Source of the DNA: an uncultured Christensenellaceae bacterium | Lineage (GTDB): Bacteria > Bacillota > Clostridia > Christensenellales > UBA3700 | NCBI GenBank assembly: GCA_910588545.1 | Contig: CAJUOU010000001.1 | Location: 547,975-611,974 of the forward strand | DNA: 64,000 nucleotides | Direction: 5' to 3' | Shown here: positions 21,773 to 32,150 of the stretch, in pieces | Position numbering within the stretch: position 1 is the stretch's first letter | Layout of the letters: the number at the start of each line of letters is the position of its first letter | Translations under genes and position numbers: made by a program | The notes under the pieces: model-generated | Database searches by the model: none | What the model was told of the DNA's origin: nothing | Seen by the model: the letters and a program-made list of their open reading frames with translations, nothing else

Positions 21773-23416
21773 TTATTCTTCGTCGTTCGGCGGAATTTTG
21801 ATATTTGTTGCGGACACAGCATCTGAATATTCGGCAGCCCAATCCGGTTCTGTCATGCCGTCGCCGTTAAATGTTACAGTGGTTTCCCCAAGCGGAGGAG
21901 GTGGCACTAAATCTTCCACTTGTACCTTATAGTCTTGAGTTTCATCCTCTGTACTAACAGGAGCATTCTTATCCGTATCCGATTGCTCAGCGTTTGCTTT
22001 ACCTGCTTCTATAGCTTCGTTCACTGTCGCCTTTTGCTGTTTTAAATTACGAGTTTCCTCAATGGAAAGCGGCGTAAATTTAACCATATTACCTTGCCAT
22101 TTAAAGCTTATAGTACCACACGCACCGCTACGGTGTTTAACAATATGTAAATTGATAATATCTTCCACACTGCCTTCGCCAAGCTTTTGTTTAACAAGAA
22201 AGTATACTTGGTCGGCATCTTGCTCGATAGCTCCAGACTCTCTAAGGTCGGACATTTTAGGGTCGCCGTCATCACGTTTTTCCAAATCACGCGAGGTTTG
22301 AGATAGTGCAAATACAGGCACGTCAAGCTCTTTTGCCATAATCTTCAAGCTACGCGAAATTTCGGTAACCTCTTGTTGTATACTTTGCCTAGATGTATGT
22401 GCCTTAAGCAGTTGCAAATAGTCGATTACAACAAAATCAAGCCTTTTTTTCATTTGTTTAAGCCTACGGCATTTACTCATAATTTGCTCGGGGGTTGTAC
22501 TTGCCGTATCGTCAATGTAAACATTGGATTGTTCAAGAATTTTCTTTGCTTGCCACAATCTTTTAAACTCATCAGCAGATGCGCCTGACACTACACTTTC
22601 GTGAGGCACACTTGCCATTGTAAGCAAAATTCTTTGAGTAAGTTCACTCATACTCATTTCCAAGTTGAATACAGCAACAACTTTCTCCGGCTCATTTTTT
22701 GCGATATTACAAACAATGTTCATTGCAAAAGATGTTTTACCGCAACCGGGACGTGCCGCCAAGACAATCATTTGACCGCCTTTATATCCGTTTGTAATCT
22801 TATCCAAATTTTTAAAGTGCGACAACTGACCTTTATTGCAATCGGGATTGATTAGCACGTCTTCATAGCCTTTCAAAACTTGATTGATAGTACTGTTTAC
22901 ATGCATCAAATCTTTGTTTTCTTGATTATCGGATATATCGAAAATCGTTTTTTCCGCAAAAGCTAGTGCCATTTCCGCATCGTCGCTTTTGTATGTATTT
23001 TCGGAAATTTTATTGGACGCATTTATAATTGTCCTCAACATTCCGTTTTTCTTTACAATGTTAAAATAATACCTATAGTTAGCCGAGGACGGAATTGCAT
23101 CCGTAAGCTCGGTAAGGTATGACATACCACCGACTTTTTGCAAATTGTCGGTAGTGCTTATATTGCCATACTTATCTTTTTCGGTTGATTTTGAAAGTTT
23201 GTCCGATAAAGTTATGATATCTACAGGTTTACCCTCACGTTGCAAATCATACATAGCGTTAAAAATCAACCTATGAGAATTCATATAAAAATCTTTTTCG
23301 TTAAGTTCACTTAAAATTTCGGTTGTGACTTCGTCATCAATCATCATGCTGCCCAAAAGCGATTGCTCTGCTTCCAAATTGTTAGGCATTATTTTAGGAT
23401 TTTTTATTTCACTCAT
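21773..23416 (-). CDS. dnaB: replicative DNA helicase DnaB with a ~100-aa acidic/Pro-rich C-terminal extension
   Basis: NLEAEQSLLGSMM N-terminus, ARPGCGKTSFA Walker A. The ATG at 23416 overlaps the pepF stop (ATGA). Confidence 0.93.
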   Translation of the reverse strand: MSEIKNPKIMPNNLEAEQSLLGSMMIDDEVTTEILSELNEKDFYMNSHRLIFNAMYDLQREGKPVDIITLSDKLSKSTEKDKYGNISTTDNLQKVGGMSYLTELTDAIPSSANYRYYFNIVKKNGMLRTIINASNKISENTYKSDDAEMALAFAEKTIFDISDNQENKDLMHVNSTINQVLKGYEDVLINPDCNKGQLSHFKNLDKITNGYKGGQMIVLAARPGCGKTSFAMNIVCNIAKNEPEKVVAVFNLEMSMSELTQRILLTMASVPHESVVSGASADEFKRLWQAKKILEQSNVYIDDTASTTPEQIMSKCRRLKQMKKRLDFVVIDYLQLLKAHTSRQSIQQEVTEISRSLKIMAKELDVPVFALSQTSRDLEKRDDGDPKMSDLRESGAIEQDADQVYFLVKQKLGEGSVEDIINLHIVKHRSGACGTISFKWQGNMVKFTPLSIEETRNLKQQKATVNEAIEAGKANAEQSDTDKNAPVSTEDETQDYKVQVEDLVPPPPLGETTVTFNGDGMTEPDWAAEYSDAVSATNIKIPPNDEE

Positions 23417-25191
23417 TTTTCTCCCCTTGCACACTCTTTTAATTGTTCCAAAGTATCTTTAAATTCTTTCATTGCTATATCAAAAGTCTTTTTGTCCTCC
23501 AAATTTACGCCCGCAACTTTTAGTATTTCAGACGGAGGCATACTGCCGCCCAAACTCAAAAACTTTTTATAGCTTTCCACATTTTTATCGTCATTTAATA
23601 TACCGTTTGCAATAACTACAGCAGAAGTAATTCCCGTAGCGTATTTATAAACGTAAAAGCTGTTATAAAAATGTGGTATTCTTGCCCACTCGTAAGCAAT
23701 CAAGCCGTCATCCAATGTGGACGATTTGTAATACTTATCATTCAACTTTTTATATTCATTACACAAAAATTCCGCCGTCAAAGCTTCGCCTTGCTCGTAA
23801 GCATTGTGGCAAATCATTTCAAACTCTGCAAATTGAGTTTGTCTGAACAAAGTTGTTCTGAACATATCCAAATAATAGGATAACAAATATTTTTTTTCAT
23901 TACCTTCCGCTTTTGCAATCATATATTTTAAAAGCAATATTTCATTTACCGTACTTGCAACTTCGGCTACGAAAATTTCATACCCCGCTTTTTCATAAGG
24001 CAGGCTTGAATTTGAATAATAGCTGTGCATAGCGTGACCCAACTCATGCGCGATAGTAAATACATCATGTGTTACACCACTAAAATTAAGTAACACATAA
24101 GGATGTACCCCATAGCATCCCCACGAATAAGCTCCGCTACGTTTACCTGTATTTTCGTAAACATCTATCCATTTATCGGCAAAAGCACTGTCTAGTAACT
24201 TCGCATAATCTTTACCAAGCGGCTCGAGTGCTTTTTTAACAATTTCCACTGCATCTTCATATTTATACAAGTGCTCTACTTCGTCCACGATAGGAGTATG
24301 CATATCCCACATAGCAAGTTTTGTATAGCCCAACTCTTTTTTACGCAACGCCAAATAATTATGCAACAATTTTATGTTTTTATCAACGCTATCGGTCAAA
24401 TTTTTATAGATTATCGCAGGCACGTTTTCGTTAAACATTGCTTTATCTATGCTACTTTTATATCCGCGTACTTTAGCAAAAAAACAATTCTTTTTTACAT
24501 TTCCCGCATAAATACTTGCGATTGTATTTATCATTTTTTTATAAGCACCAAACATATTGTTGTAAGCAGTTCTTCTAACCTTTCTGTCATTTGACTGCAA
24601 AAGCATACTGTATGTGCCGTGTGTTAACTTGATTTTTTCTCCCTCAAACTTTACTTCTCCAAAATCGACATCTACATTGTCAAACATATTGAATGCCGCC
24701 TTAAAGTTATCGGTAAACGAGGACATATTGCTAAGTAATTTTTCCTCCGTTTCGCTTAAAATATGCTTTTTCTCGCGAATTACGCTTTCAAAATAACAAG
24801 AATGATTTACAAAATCTTTATCCGCTATAAAGCTATTAAGTTGCTCGTCACTCAATTTTGTAATTTCAGGTGTTATAAAACTCGAACTTACCGAATAGTC
24901 AACCAAAATCCTCTCCGCCTTGTCGGTAAGAGCTTGATACTTGGCAACAGCAGAGTCCTCGTCCATTTTCATTTTTGAGTAAACGTAAATTTTCTCCAAT
25001 TTTTGAGACACTGACGAATTTAATTGCAAACATTGCAAAATATCAGCTTTGTTATCAAGTTTGCCCGCAAAATTAGCAATTTCCTTTACCCCAATTTGTA
25101 TTTCGTTATATAGTTTATCCCACTCTTCTCCGTCCGCTACAATATCGGAAAGCTTCCATTTGTATTTGTCGTCAATTTCATTTCTTAGCAT
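23413..25191 (-). CDS. pepF: oligoendopeptidase F (M3B)
   Basis: HELGHAMH zinc motif. ATG at 25191 preceded by GGGAGAGAGG; the track start at 25218 is a GTG. Confidence 0.92.
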   Translation of the reverse strand: MLRNEIDDKYKWKLSDIVADGEEWDKLYNEIQIGVKEIANFAGKLDNKADILQCLQLNSSVSQKLEKIYVYSKMKMDEDSAVAKYQALTDKAERILVDYSVSSSFITPEITKLSDEQLNSFIADKDFVNHSCYFESVIREKKHILSETEEKLLSNMSSFTDNFKAAFNMFDNVDVDFGEVKFEGEKIKLTHGTYSMLLQSNDRKVRRTAYNNMFGAYKKMINTIASIYAGNVKKNCFFAKVRGYKSSIDKAMFNENVPAIIYKNLTDSVDKNIKLLHNYLALRKKELGYTKLAMWDMHTPIVDEVEHLYKYEDAVEIVKKALEPLGKDYAKLLDSAFADKWIDVYENTGKRSGAYSWGCYGVHPYVLLNFSGVTHDVFTIAHELGHAMHSYYSNSSLPYEKAGYEIFVAEVASTVNEILLLKYMIAKAEGNEKKYLLSYYLDMFRTTLFRQTQFAEFEMICHNAYEQGEALTAEFLCNEYKKLNDKYYKSSTLDDGLIAYEWARIPHFYNSFYVYKYATGITSAVVIANGILNDDKNVESYKKFLSLGGSMPPSEILKVAGVNLEDKKTFDIAMKEFKDTLEQLKECARGEK

Positions 25192-25220
25192 ACCTCTCTC
25201 CCGAAAAAATATATTCACAA

Positions 25221-26378
25221 TTAATTATGCCTAAAATAATTATCAATAGTCATAATTATTTTGATTTCCTTAAACATTTTACTGCCCGTATCAACGGATA
25301 ATTTGTAAATGTTATCTTTAACCAATCCGATAAACTCGTCGAAATAGTAAATTTTAAGTCTGTCAACGCCTTCCAAATAAGCTATTTTTTCGTACAAACT
25401 CAAAATACTTTCCGCAAAATTTTTGCCTTTTAATTTTAGTTCTTTGTTTATAACCTCGGTCAGTTGAGGCAAGCCTGCATAAATTTCGCCAAAAATATGT
25501 GCAAGCTCTACATACAAATCGTCGTTTAAGTCACAAAGTCCGTACCCGAAAGGCGATTTGTTTGACACATCGATAAAATAATTTTGTCCCACATATCCTC
25601 TTAGTAGCTTTAAACCGTCAAGGTAACCGATTTGTATTGCTCGCTCTGTTGACTGCGAAGTAAAATTCATAACTCTGCCCGGTTTTTCGCTGGGTTTGAT
25701 ATAAAAAACTTGGCTATTTTTATCTTTTGGATATTTTTTTGGTATTGAGCTTTTTGTTTCGATTGCAACAATATCCTTATAGCCTTTATCGAGCAACATA
25801 TTTATAGGCATATTGTCATAAACACCGCCGTCAATAAATTCCTGCCCATCCACAACAGTCTTTTTAAACCCGGGGAAAGATGCCGATGCCATAACATAGT
25901 CAGCAACTTTATCTTTTGCCATATCCTCCACAAAAATTGACAATGGTTGTTTTTCTGTTACGGAATATGTCATAATTCCAAAGTCAATGCCCGAATCCCT
26001 AAGCAAATCCTCATCAATATTGGCCTTAATCAAATTTTTAATTTTTGTAGTATCCAAACCGCCTTGACCGATAATCTTTTTGACATAGTTGTAAAAATAT
26101 CTTATGGTCTCCTGGTCGAAATTTTTGTTTACCACATTTTCGCCATAGTTGTTGTTTATGTCAAGTACATTAGCAAAGTCGATTTCACGCCAAATTTTCA
26201 TACTGTCTTCAAACCTGTTTTGTGCTACCATAACGCCGTTAAGGGCGCCAACGGAAGTCCCTGCAACGCCATCAAATTTATAACCTGCCTCAAAAAGTGC
26301 TTTTAATACTCCTGCTTGATAAGCACCTCTTGCGCCGCCGCCCTCCAAAACAAGTCCCAATCTCTTTTGATTTTCCAC
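25221..26378 (-). CDS. patatin-like phospholipase
   Basis: 385 aa, GGGARG oxyanion motif, GTSVGA nucleophile elbow, DGG(V) catalytic Asp. Confidence 0.88.
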   Translation of the reverse strand: MENQKRLGLVLEGGGARGAYQAGVLKALFEAGYKFDGVAGTSVGALNGVMVAQNRFEDSMKIWREIDFANVLDINNNYGENVVNKNFDQETIRYFYNYVKKIIGQGGLDTTKIKNLIKANIDEDLLRDSGIDFGIMTYSVTEKQPLSIFVEDMAKDKVADYVMASASFPGFKKTVVDGQEFIDGGVYDNMPINMLLDKGYKDIVAIETKSSIPKKYPKDKNSQVFYIKPSEKPGRVMNFTSQSTERAIQIGYLDGLKLLRGYVGQNYFIDVSNKSPFGYGLCDLNDDLYVELAHIFGEIYAGLPQLTEVINKELKLKGKNFAESILSLYEKIAYLEGVDRLKIYYFDEFIGLVKDNIYKLSVDTGSKMFKEIKIIMTIDNYFRHN

Positions 26379-26661
26379 TAACGCTTTCTCCTAACGTAAA
26401 ATTTTGACTTTGCAAACAAATCTGCAATTTATACTCCTACATTTTAACATTATTTTTAAATTTTGTAAAGTATTATTTTTAAATATAATATTATTAAAGA
26501 AAAACGATTGCGTGGTACAGATATAATTTATTACTAAAAATCACTAACAAAGACATATTTATTTTTTTAAAAATGTTCGACAAATAACAAATAGTATCGA
26601 TTTTCATAAGGTTTTATATGTTTTCTATTTATTCTCATATAAGTAGAAATATATTTCAAAC

Positions 26662-26699
26662 AAAAAAATGACCTTTTATAAATAAAAAGTCATTTTTTT
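26662..26699. terminator. bidirectional terminator
   Basis: aaatgacctttt/aaaagtcattt stem flanked by A- and T-runs. Confidence 0.7.
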
Positions 26700-26704
26700 A
26701 ATTG

Positions 26705-27178
26705 TTATTGTTTTTTGTTGTACATATTTTGAAATTCGTCTAAAATAGTGTTTTTACTATCTCTTACACAATTTATAATATCTATCATTTTATTTTCGGA
26801 ATCTTTTAAAAGTTCCATAAGCGAATCCATTGTTTCGTATATCATTCTGTCACTTTGCTCTTTTGCATCGTCGATAATTTGATTTGCTTCGTATTTAGCT
26901 TGTTTGGTTAGCTCCGATTCGTCCAAAATTTTATTTGCTTTTGCTTTGGCATCGCTAATCAAATGACTAGCATAGTCCTCCGCCTCCCTCATTATATTTT
27001 CCTTTTCGGTCAATATTATTTGAGCTTCCTTTATCTCTTGTGGCAAAAGAGACTTTAATGTCAAAATATAATCCATACATTTTCCCTCGTCAATATATCT
27101 GTTACCTCCGAGCATAGAACGTCTGGAATCTTTTATTTCACTTTCAAGTTCATTCAAAATTTTTACAAAATCATTCAT
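26705..27178 (-). CDS. coiled-coil protein of unknown function, co-transcribed with coaD
   Basis: 157 aa, heptad-rich E/K sequence, 8-nt overlap with coaD. Confidence 0.55.
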   Translation of the reverse strand: MNDFVKILNELESEIKDSRRSMLGGNRYIDEGKCMDYILTLKSLLPQEIKEAQIILTEKENIMREAEDYASHLISDAKAKANKILDESELTKQAKYEANQIIDDAKEQSDRMIYETMDSLMELLKDSENKMIDIINCVRDSKNTILDEFQNMYNKKQ

Positions 27179-27674
27179 ATTTTATCCTCCTTATCTCTTC
27201 TGTCACGTCATCTGTCAAAAAGTTTTTTATATTAGTAAAAACATTATCTGATTCATTTTTTTTGTTACTTTTTATTATATCTCTAACTTTTGTACTGCTT
27301 ATATTTAAATATTCACTACTGCTTGCAATAAAATGAGTGTTGATACCGCAGTGCTTATAATTATATACTGCCATCTCTGTTTCAAAAGCATAGTCCATAT
27401 TATTTCGAAATCCGCGAATAATAACGTCGATATTATTACTTATGCAAAAATCGCTAACCATACCATTACTGCCAATTACTTGCACATTTTCAAGTCCTTG
27501 AATTGCAATTTTACACAGCTTAACGCGTGTTTGTAAATCAAAAAAATGCGCTTTTTCCTCATTATTAAAAACACCGACAATTACGCTGTATCCCATATCC
27601 AATGCTTTTTTTATAATATCTATATGCCCTATTGTAATTGGGTCAAACGAGCCGCTAATCAAACACCTTTTCAT
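27171..27674 (-). CDS. coaD: phosphopantetheine adenylyltransferase
   Basis: GSFDPITIGHIDII (T/HxGH) motif, ISSTKVRD. Confidence 0.95.
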   Translation of the reverse strand: MKRCLISGSFDPITIGHIDIIKKALDMGYSVIVGVFNNEEKAHFFDLQTRVKLCKIAIQGLENVQVIGSNGMVSDFCISNNIDVIIRGFRNNMDYAFETEMAVYNYKHCGINTHFIASSSEYLNISSTKVRDIIKSNKKNESDNVFTNIKNFLTDDVTEEIRRIKYE

Positions 27675-28213
27675 TATTCCGCCTCGTAAATATCTATTGC
27701 TGTAATGCCATATTTTTTGGATTTTATTATCTTATAGCCGTCTACATTTTTATCAAAATCTTTTTCATACAAACTCTCAAAAATTACTATCCCACTAGGT
27801 GCTAAAACATTGTTTGCCTTAATTGTATCTAGAATTTTTTTAATATCTTTAAAATTGTATGGTGGGTCTAAAAATATTATATCGAAATCGCTGTTTTTAA
27901 GCCTAGTCAAAGCGTACTCAAAGTCTCCAAAGATTACTTGAGCCTCTTCCTTTAACATTTGCAAATTTTGCTTTATCAAACTTATGCTTTCTTTACTATT
28001 GTCAACAAAAACAACTTTTTCCGCACCGCGACTGATTGCCTCAATACCTATGGCACCGCTACCCGCAAATAAATCAAGGAATTTAGAGCCGATAACATCG
28101 TTTTGTATTATATTAAATATTGATTCTTTAACCATATCGGTCGTAGGCCTGACATCGCTGTTTTTAGGCGAATATAAAGGTCTGCTCCTATGTTTTCCCG
28201 CTACTACTCTCAT
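27674..28213 (-). CDS. rsmD: 16S rRNA (guanine966-N2)-methyltransferase RsmD
   Basis: 179 aa, DLFAGSGAIGIEA SAM motif, DPPY. Confidence 0.92.
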   Translation of the reverse strand: MRVVAGKHRSRPLYSPKNSDVRPTTDMVKESIFNIIQNDVIGSKFLDLFAGSGAIGIEAISRGAEKVVFVDNSKESISLIKQNLQMLKEEAQVIFGDFEYALTRLKNSDFDIIFLDPPYNFKDIKKILDTIKANNVLAPSGIVIFESLYEKDFDKNVDGYKIIKSKKYGITAIDIYEAE

Positions 28214-28214
28214 T

Positions 28215-28751
28215 TTACCTCACAAAAATTTTATCCATTTTAATATCGTGACTTTCCGTTACTATCTCATCCAAAACTTGTTCTTTAAATGCCACGGCAA
28301 CTTTTTTGCAATTAGGAAACTTAGCAAAAAATCTATCGTAATATCCTTTACCTTTCCCCAATCTATTACCATGCTTGTCCACTGCAAGCACAGGAACAAA
28401 ACAAAGGTCAATGTTGGTTTGAACACTCTCTCCAATCGGCTCTAAAATACCAAAAGTTCCTTTTTGCAACGGACAAGGGAACTTAACAAGTTCTATTTCA
28501 TCCCCGCAAACTCTAGGCAAATAGCATTGTTTGCCAAACGAAGAGGTAAATTCAAACAGCCAATCTATATTTACCTCCGTTATCATAGCCTTATACAACA
28601 AAATATGGCTATGCTCGTTAATTATCCTGCTGTTTATAATATCGCTTACTATCATTTGACTTTTAAAACTGCGGTCAAAATAGCTCATATTATTCAATTT
28701 TTCTCGTACTATAGCCCGTTGTTCCGCTTTAGTCAATGTACACATATTCAA
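28215..28751 (-). CDS. 5-formyltetrahydrofolate cyclo-ligase
   Basis: 178 aa; LVPVLAVDKHGNRLGKGKGYYDRF is the family signature (GxGxGYYDR). Confidence 0.88.
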   Translation of the reverse strand: MNMCTLTKAEQRAIVREKLNNMSYFDRSFKSQMIVSDIINSRIINEHSHILLYKAMITEVNIDWLFEFTSSFGKQCYLPRVCGDEIELVKFPCPLQKGTFGILEPIGESVQTNIDLCFVPVLAVDKHGNRLGKGKGYYDRFFAKFPNCKKVAVAFKEQVLDEIVTESHDIKMDKIFVR

Positions 28752-29637
28752 ATCTTCCTTTTAATGCTGTCATTAGCTCGTATTTAGAGATATTCATGAT
28801 TTGTGCTCTGTTATCAAAGGACAAATTTTCAGTATCATAAACTACTATTTTATCCCCTACTTTTGCCGAAATATCAGAGATATCTATAATGAACGAATCC
28901 ATACTTATTTTACCGATAACCTTACAAAAATCGGCATTAAATGCCATTTTTTGTCCGCAAAACCGCCTTATTATCCCGTCAAAATATCCACCATCGCAAA
29001 CAGCGATTTTAAGTGGTTTATCGGCAACAAATTCCCCATCATATCCAATACATTCGCCACGTTTTATATCTTTTATTTGCAATATTTCGGATGTAACACC
29101 TATTGCATTGTCATATAATCCAATACCAAGTCTTACCATATTGCTATCAATAATATGACTGCAATTTTTGTAGTTCGTCGCAAAAATATGTGTCAATATT
29201 TCCCTATTAAACTTTTTTACGATATCTACGCTTTGATTAAATTTTTCCAGCTGACTGTCCGTCAATATTCTATTTGCAGAATAGATATGCGAGTATACTC
29301 CTTCAATATCTTTTGCATCCATTATTTTAAGCAGCTCTAACAAATTATCTTTGCCTTTTACACCGCACCTATTCATACCACTGTCAACTGCAATGTGATA
29401 TTTTAAACCTTTAACATAGTTGTCGGGTATACTTATTGATGATGTTATATTATATTTTTTGCAAACCGAATACTCATTTTTATTAAACGACAATGACAAA
29501 ATAGGCTTGTTTATACCCATACTTCTAAGCTTTACTCCTTCCAAAACATTTGCAACTGCAAAACCGCAAACATAGTCTTGGATATAGGATGCAATAAGCA
29601 TACCATTGTTATAACAGTTAGCTTTTACAACTGCCAT
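28729..29637 (-). CDS. alr: alanine racemase-like PLP enzyme (short form); the true start probably lies upstream at a non-canonical codon
   Basis: MAVVKANCYNNG (PLP-Lys motif VVKANAYGHG), GYDG..., CDGGYFDG, GKISMD. The reading frame stays open and Alr-like up to 29730. Confidence 0.75.
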   Translation of the reverse strand: MAVVKANCYNNGMLIASYIQDYVCGFAVANVLEGVKLRSMGINKPILSLSFNKNEYSVCKKYNITSSISIPDNYVKGLKYHIAVDSGMNRCGVKGKDNLLELLKIMDAKDIEGVYSHIYSANRILTDSQLEKFNQSVDIVKKFNREILTHIFATNYKNCSHIIDSNMVRLGIGLYDNAIGVTSEILQIKDIKRGECIGYDGEFVADKPLKIAVCDGGYFDGIIRRFCGQKMAFNADFCKVIGKISMDSFIIDISDISAKVGDKIVVYDTENLSFDNRAQIMNISKYELMTALKGRFEYVYID

Positions 29638-29790
29638 AACCTCTGCCCCGCAATGTAATTTTGCTTGTTCTATATTATTTTTAATTTGATTTATATCAAT
29701 ATACTTTGTTAAAATAATTACACCCCTAAATTATTAGCTTTCGGATATACATATTTTATTCACAAAGCAATATTTTTGTTATTATATAAA

Positions 29791-30213
29791 TTAAATTATC
29801 GAATTTTCAAGCACTTTTATATTATTTTTTTCTATCACTGCCATAGCTTTTTGTATGTCGGATACTTTAAGCATTATTATTGCCTTTTTCGCCTCTGTTC
29901 TTGCATAGGAATATAAGTATTCGATTTCAACGCCGCCTATATACAAAAGTTCTAACACTTCGGATAATCCGCCTGCTCTATCTTCTACCTCTATACCAAT
30001 CAAATCGGAACTAGTAACTGTAAAACCTGCCTCACGCAAAACTTTGACTGCTTTGGAATTATCACGTGTAATTGCACGTAAAATACCAAACTCCTTAGTA
30101 TCCGCAATGCTCATAGATACCAAATCGATTTTGTTATCTGCTAAAACTTTTGCAAAATCGCCTACTCTGCCTTTACGGTTTTCCAAAAAAACTGCAATTT
30201 GATTAACTAACAT
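29791..30213 (-). CDS. ACT domain protein
   Basis: 140 aa, two ACT-like halves. Typical partner of PaaK-type ligases. Confidence 0.75.
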   Translation of the reverse strand: MLVNQIAVFLENRKGRVGDFAKVLADNKIDLVSMSIADTKEFGILRAITRDNSKAVKVLREAGFTVTSSDLIGIEVEDRAGGLSEVLELLYIGGVEIEYLYSYARTEAKKAIIMLKVSDIQKAMAVIEKNNIKVLENSII

Positions 30214-30231
30214 ATTTATCTCCCCTTATAC

Positions 30232-31539
30232 TTAATTAGTTTTTTTACGATTATCGATTATACGCTTTGCTTTACCTTCGCTTCTACTCAAACTGTTAGG
30301 ACTTACCAAAGTAATTTTTGCACTTATTCCAAGGTTAGAAGTCATTTCATGCTCGATTTCTTTCTTTAAAGCTTGAAGTTTACCTACTTCGTCGCTAAAA
30401 TATGATTCGCTAATTTCTATTTGAATTTCAAAAGTATCCAAAGCACCAACTCTGTCAACAATAATTTGATAATGCGGAGAAATCCTATCTCCTATATTAA
30501 ATAATACGCTTTCTATTTGAGACGGGAACACATTTACGCCACGTATGATAAGCATATCGTCTGTTCTGCCTGTTACTCTGTTCATACGAACAAGTGTTCT
30601 TCCACATTTACATTCGCCCAATTTAAAGCTGGTAATATCTCTTGTTCTATACCTTATAAGAGGAATACCCTCTTTCGTAAGCGTAGTAATAACAAGCTCA
30701 CCCTTTTCGCCAAAAGGTACAGGCTCCAATGTATCAGGGTCAACAATTTCAGGGAAGAAATGGTCCTCATTGATATGAAGTCCGTCTTGCTCCTCACACT
30801 CCATAGCAACACCCGGCCCCATAATTTCGCTTAAACCATAAATATCGTAAGCTTTGATTTGCAATCTTTTTTCAATATCGCGACGCATTTCGTCAGACCA
30901 AGGCTCCGCACCGAATATGCCGCGTTTTAACTTAAATTGACTTCTATCCGTAAAGCCCTCTTTAGCCATAGCCTCGCTTAAATAAATTGCATAAGATGGT
31001 GTACAGCATAGTGTATCCGCACCGAAATCTCTCATCAACTGTAACTGTCTTAAAGTATTACCGCTTGAGGTAGGCACTGTAAGTGCACCCAATCTTTGGC
31101 TACCGTCATGTAATCCCAAACCGCCTGTAAACAACCCGTATCCGAATGACACTTGTACAACGGAATTATTATCTGCACCTGTCATACTCAAACATCTTGC
31201 AGCCATATCCGCCCAAACATCCAAATCGTTTTGTGTGTATCCCACAACTGTCAATTTACCCGTAGTACCGCTTGAGGCATGCACCCTTACGATTTCGCTT
31301 TGAGGAGCACTGAAAAAATTAAACGGATAGCTCTCCCTTAAATCGTGCTTTACAGTAAACGGCAATTTAGTAATATCGTCAATAGATTTTATATCTTCAG
31401 GCTTAACACCTGCAGCATCCATCTTTTTACGGTAAATTTCCACATTGTCATACACTTTTTTTACAACTTTTACAAGCCTTTCGCTTTGAACTTTTTTAAG
31501 TTCTTCTCTACTCAAATATTGCATATTGTCGCTATACAT
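30232..31539 (-). CDS. paaK: phenylacetate-CoA ligase family (aryl-acetate/CoA ligase)
   Basis: 435 aa, SSGTTGK AMP-binding motif. Confidence 0.9.
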   Translation of the reverse strand: MYSDNMQYLSREELKKVQSERLVKVVKKVYDNVEIYRKKMDAAGVKPEDIKSIDDITKLPFTVKHDLRESYPFNFFSAPQSEIVRVHASSGTTGKLTVVGYTQNDLDVWADMAARCLSMTGADNNSVVQVSFGYGLFTGGLGLHDGSQRLGALTVPTSSGNTLRQLQLMRDFGADTLCCTPSYAIYLSEAMAKEGFTDRSQFKLKRGIFGAEPWSDEMRRDIEKRLQIKAYDIYGLSEIMGPGVAMECEEQDGLHINEDHFFPEIVDPDTLEPVPFGEKGELVITTLTKEGIPLIRYRTRDITSFKLGECKCGRTLVRMNRVTGRTDDMLIIRGVNVFPSQIESVLFNIGDRISPHYQIIVDRVGALDTFEIQIEISESYFSDEVGKLQALKKEIEHEMTSNLGISAKITLVSPNSLSRSEGKAKRIIDNRKKTN

Positions 31540-31580
31540 AATCTTGTCCTCCGAGTTGTTTAGCTATTGATTAAATTTTA

Positions 31581-32150
31581 TTATTTGGCATTAAAACCTT
31601 TTTCTATTGCCATTAAGTTGATATCCAAAAATCTTGCGGGAACAGTCATCTTAACTGCCTCGATAATATCTTCGTATTTAAAGCCCAAATTTTTTGCAAG
31701 TGCACCAAGCATAATCACATTGGCAACTTTAACATTACCGCATTCGTGTGCCAATTCCGCAGCATTTATAAACAATGTGTTTTTGCAAATTTCTTGCAAC
31801 TTTTGTTTTATATCACTAGGATATTCCATAGCTCCCGTAATAACAGGCATTGGCATAATTTCTTGCTCGTTTACAACCATCATACCGTCCTTTTTAAGGT
31901 AATGCCGCCACCTTAACGCTTCCAATTTTTCAAAAGCGATAATGATATCCGCATCGCCTACGGCAACTATAGGACTAAGTATATTGTTTCCTACTCTTAC
32001 ATGAGTAACAACACTGCCGCCTCTTTGGCTCATACCATGAACTTCCGACAATTTACAGTCTTGACCTGTAAGTACAGCATAATTACCCAAAACTCTTGAT
32101 GCCAAAAGCGTACCTTGTCCACCAACTCCAACTATCAAAATATTAGCCAT
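31581..32150 (-). CDS. iorB: indolepyruvate:ferredoxin oxidoreductase subunit beta
   Basis: 189 aa, GVGGQGTLLAS N-terminus. Its start codon overlaps the iorA stop. Confidence 0.88.
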   Translation of the reverse strand: MANILIVGVGGQGTLLASRVLGNYAVLTGQDCKLSEVHGMSQRGGSVVTHVRVGNNILSPIVAVGDADIIIAFEKLEALRWRHYLKKDGMMVVNEQEIMPMPVITGAMEYPSDIKQKLQEICKNTLFINAAELAHECGNVKVANVIMLGALAKNLGFKYEDIIEAVKMTVPARFLDINLMAIEKGFNAK

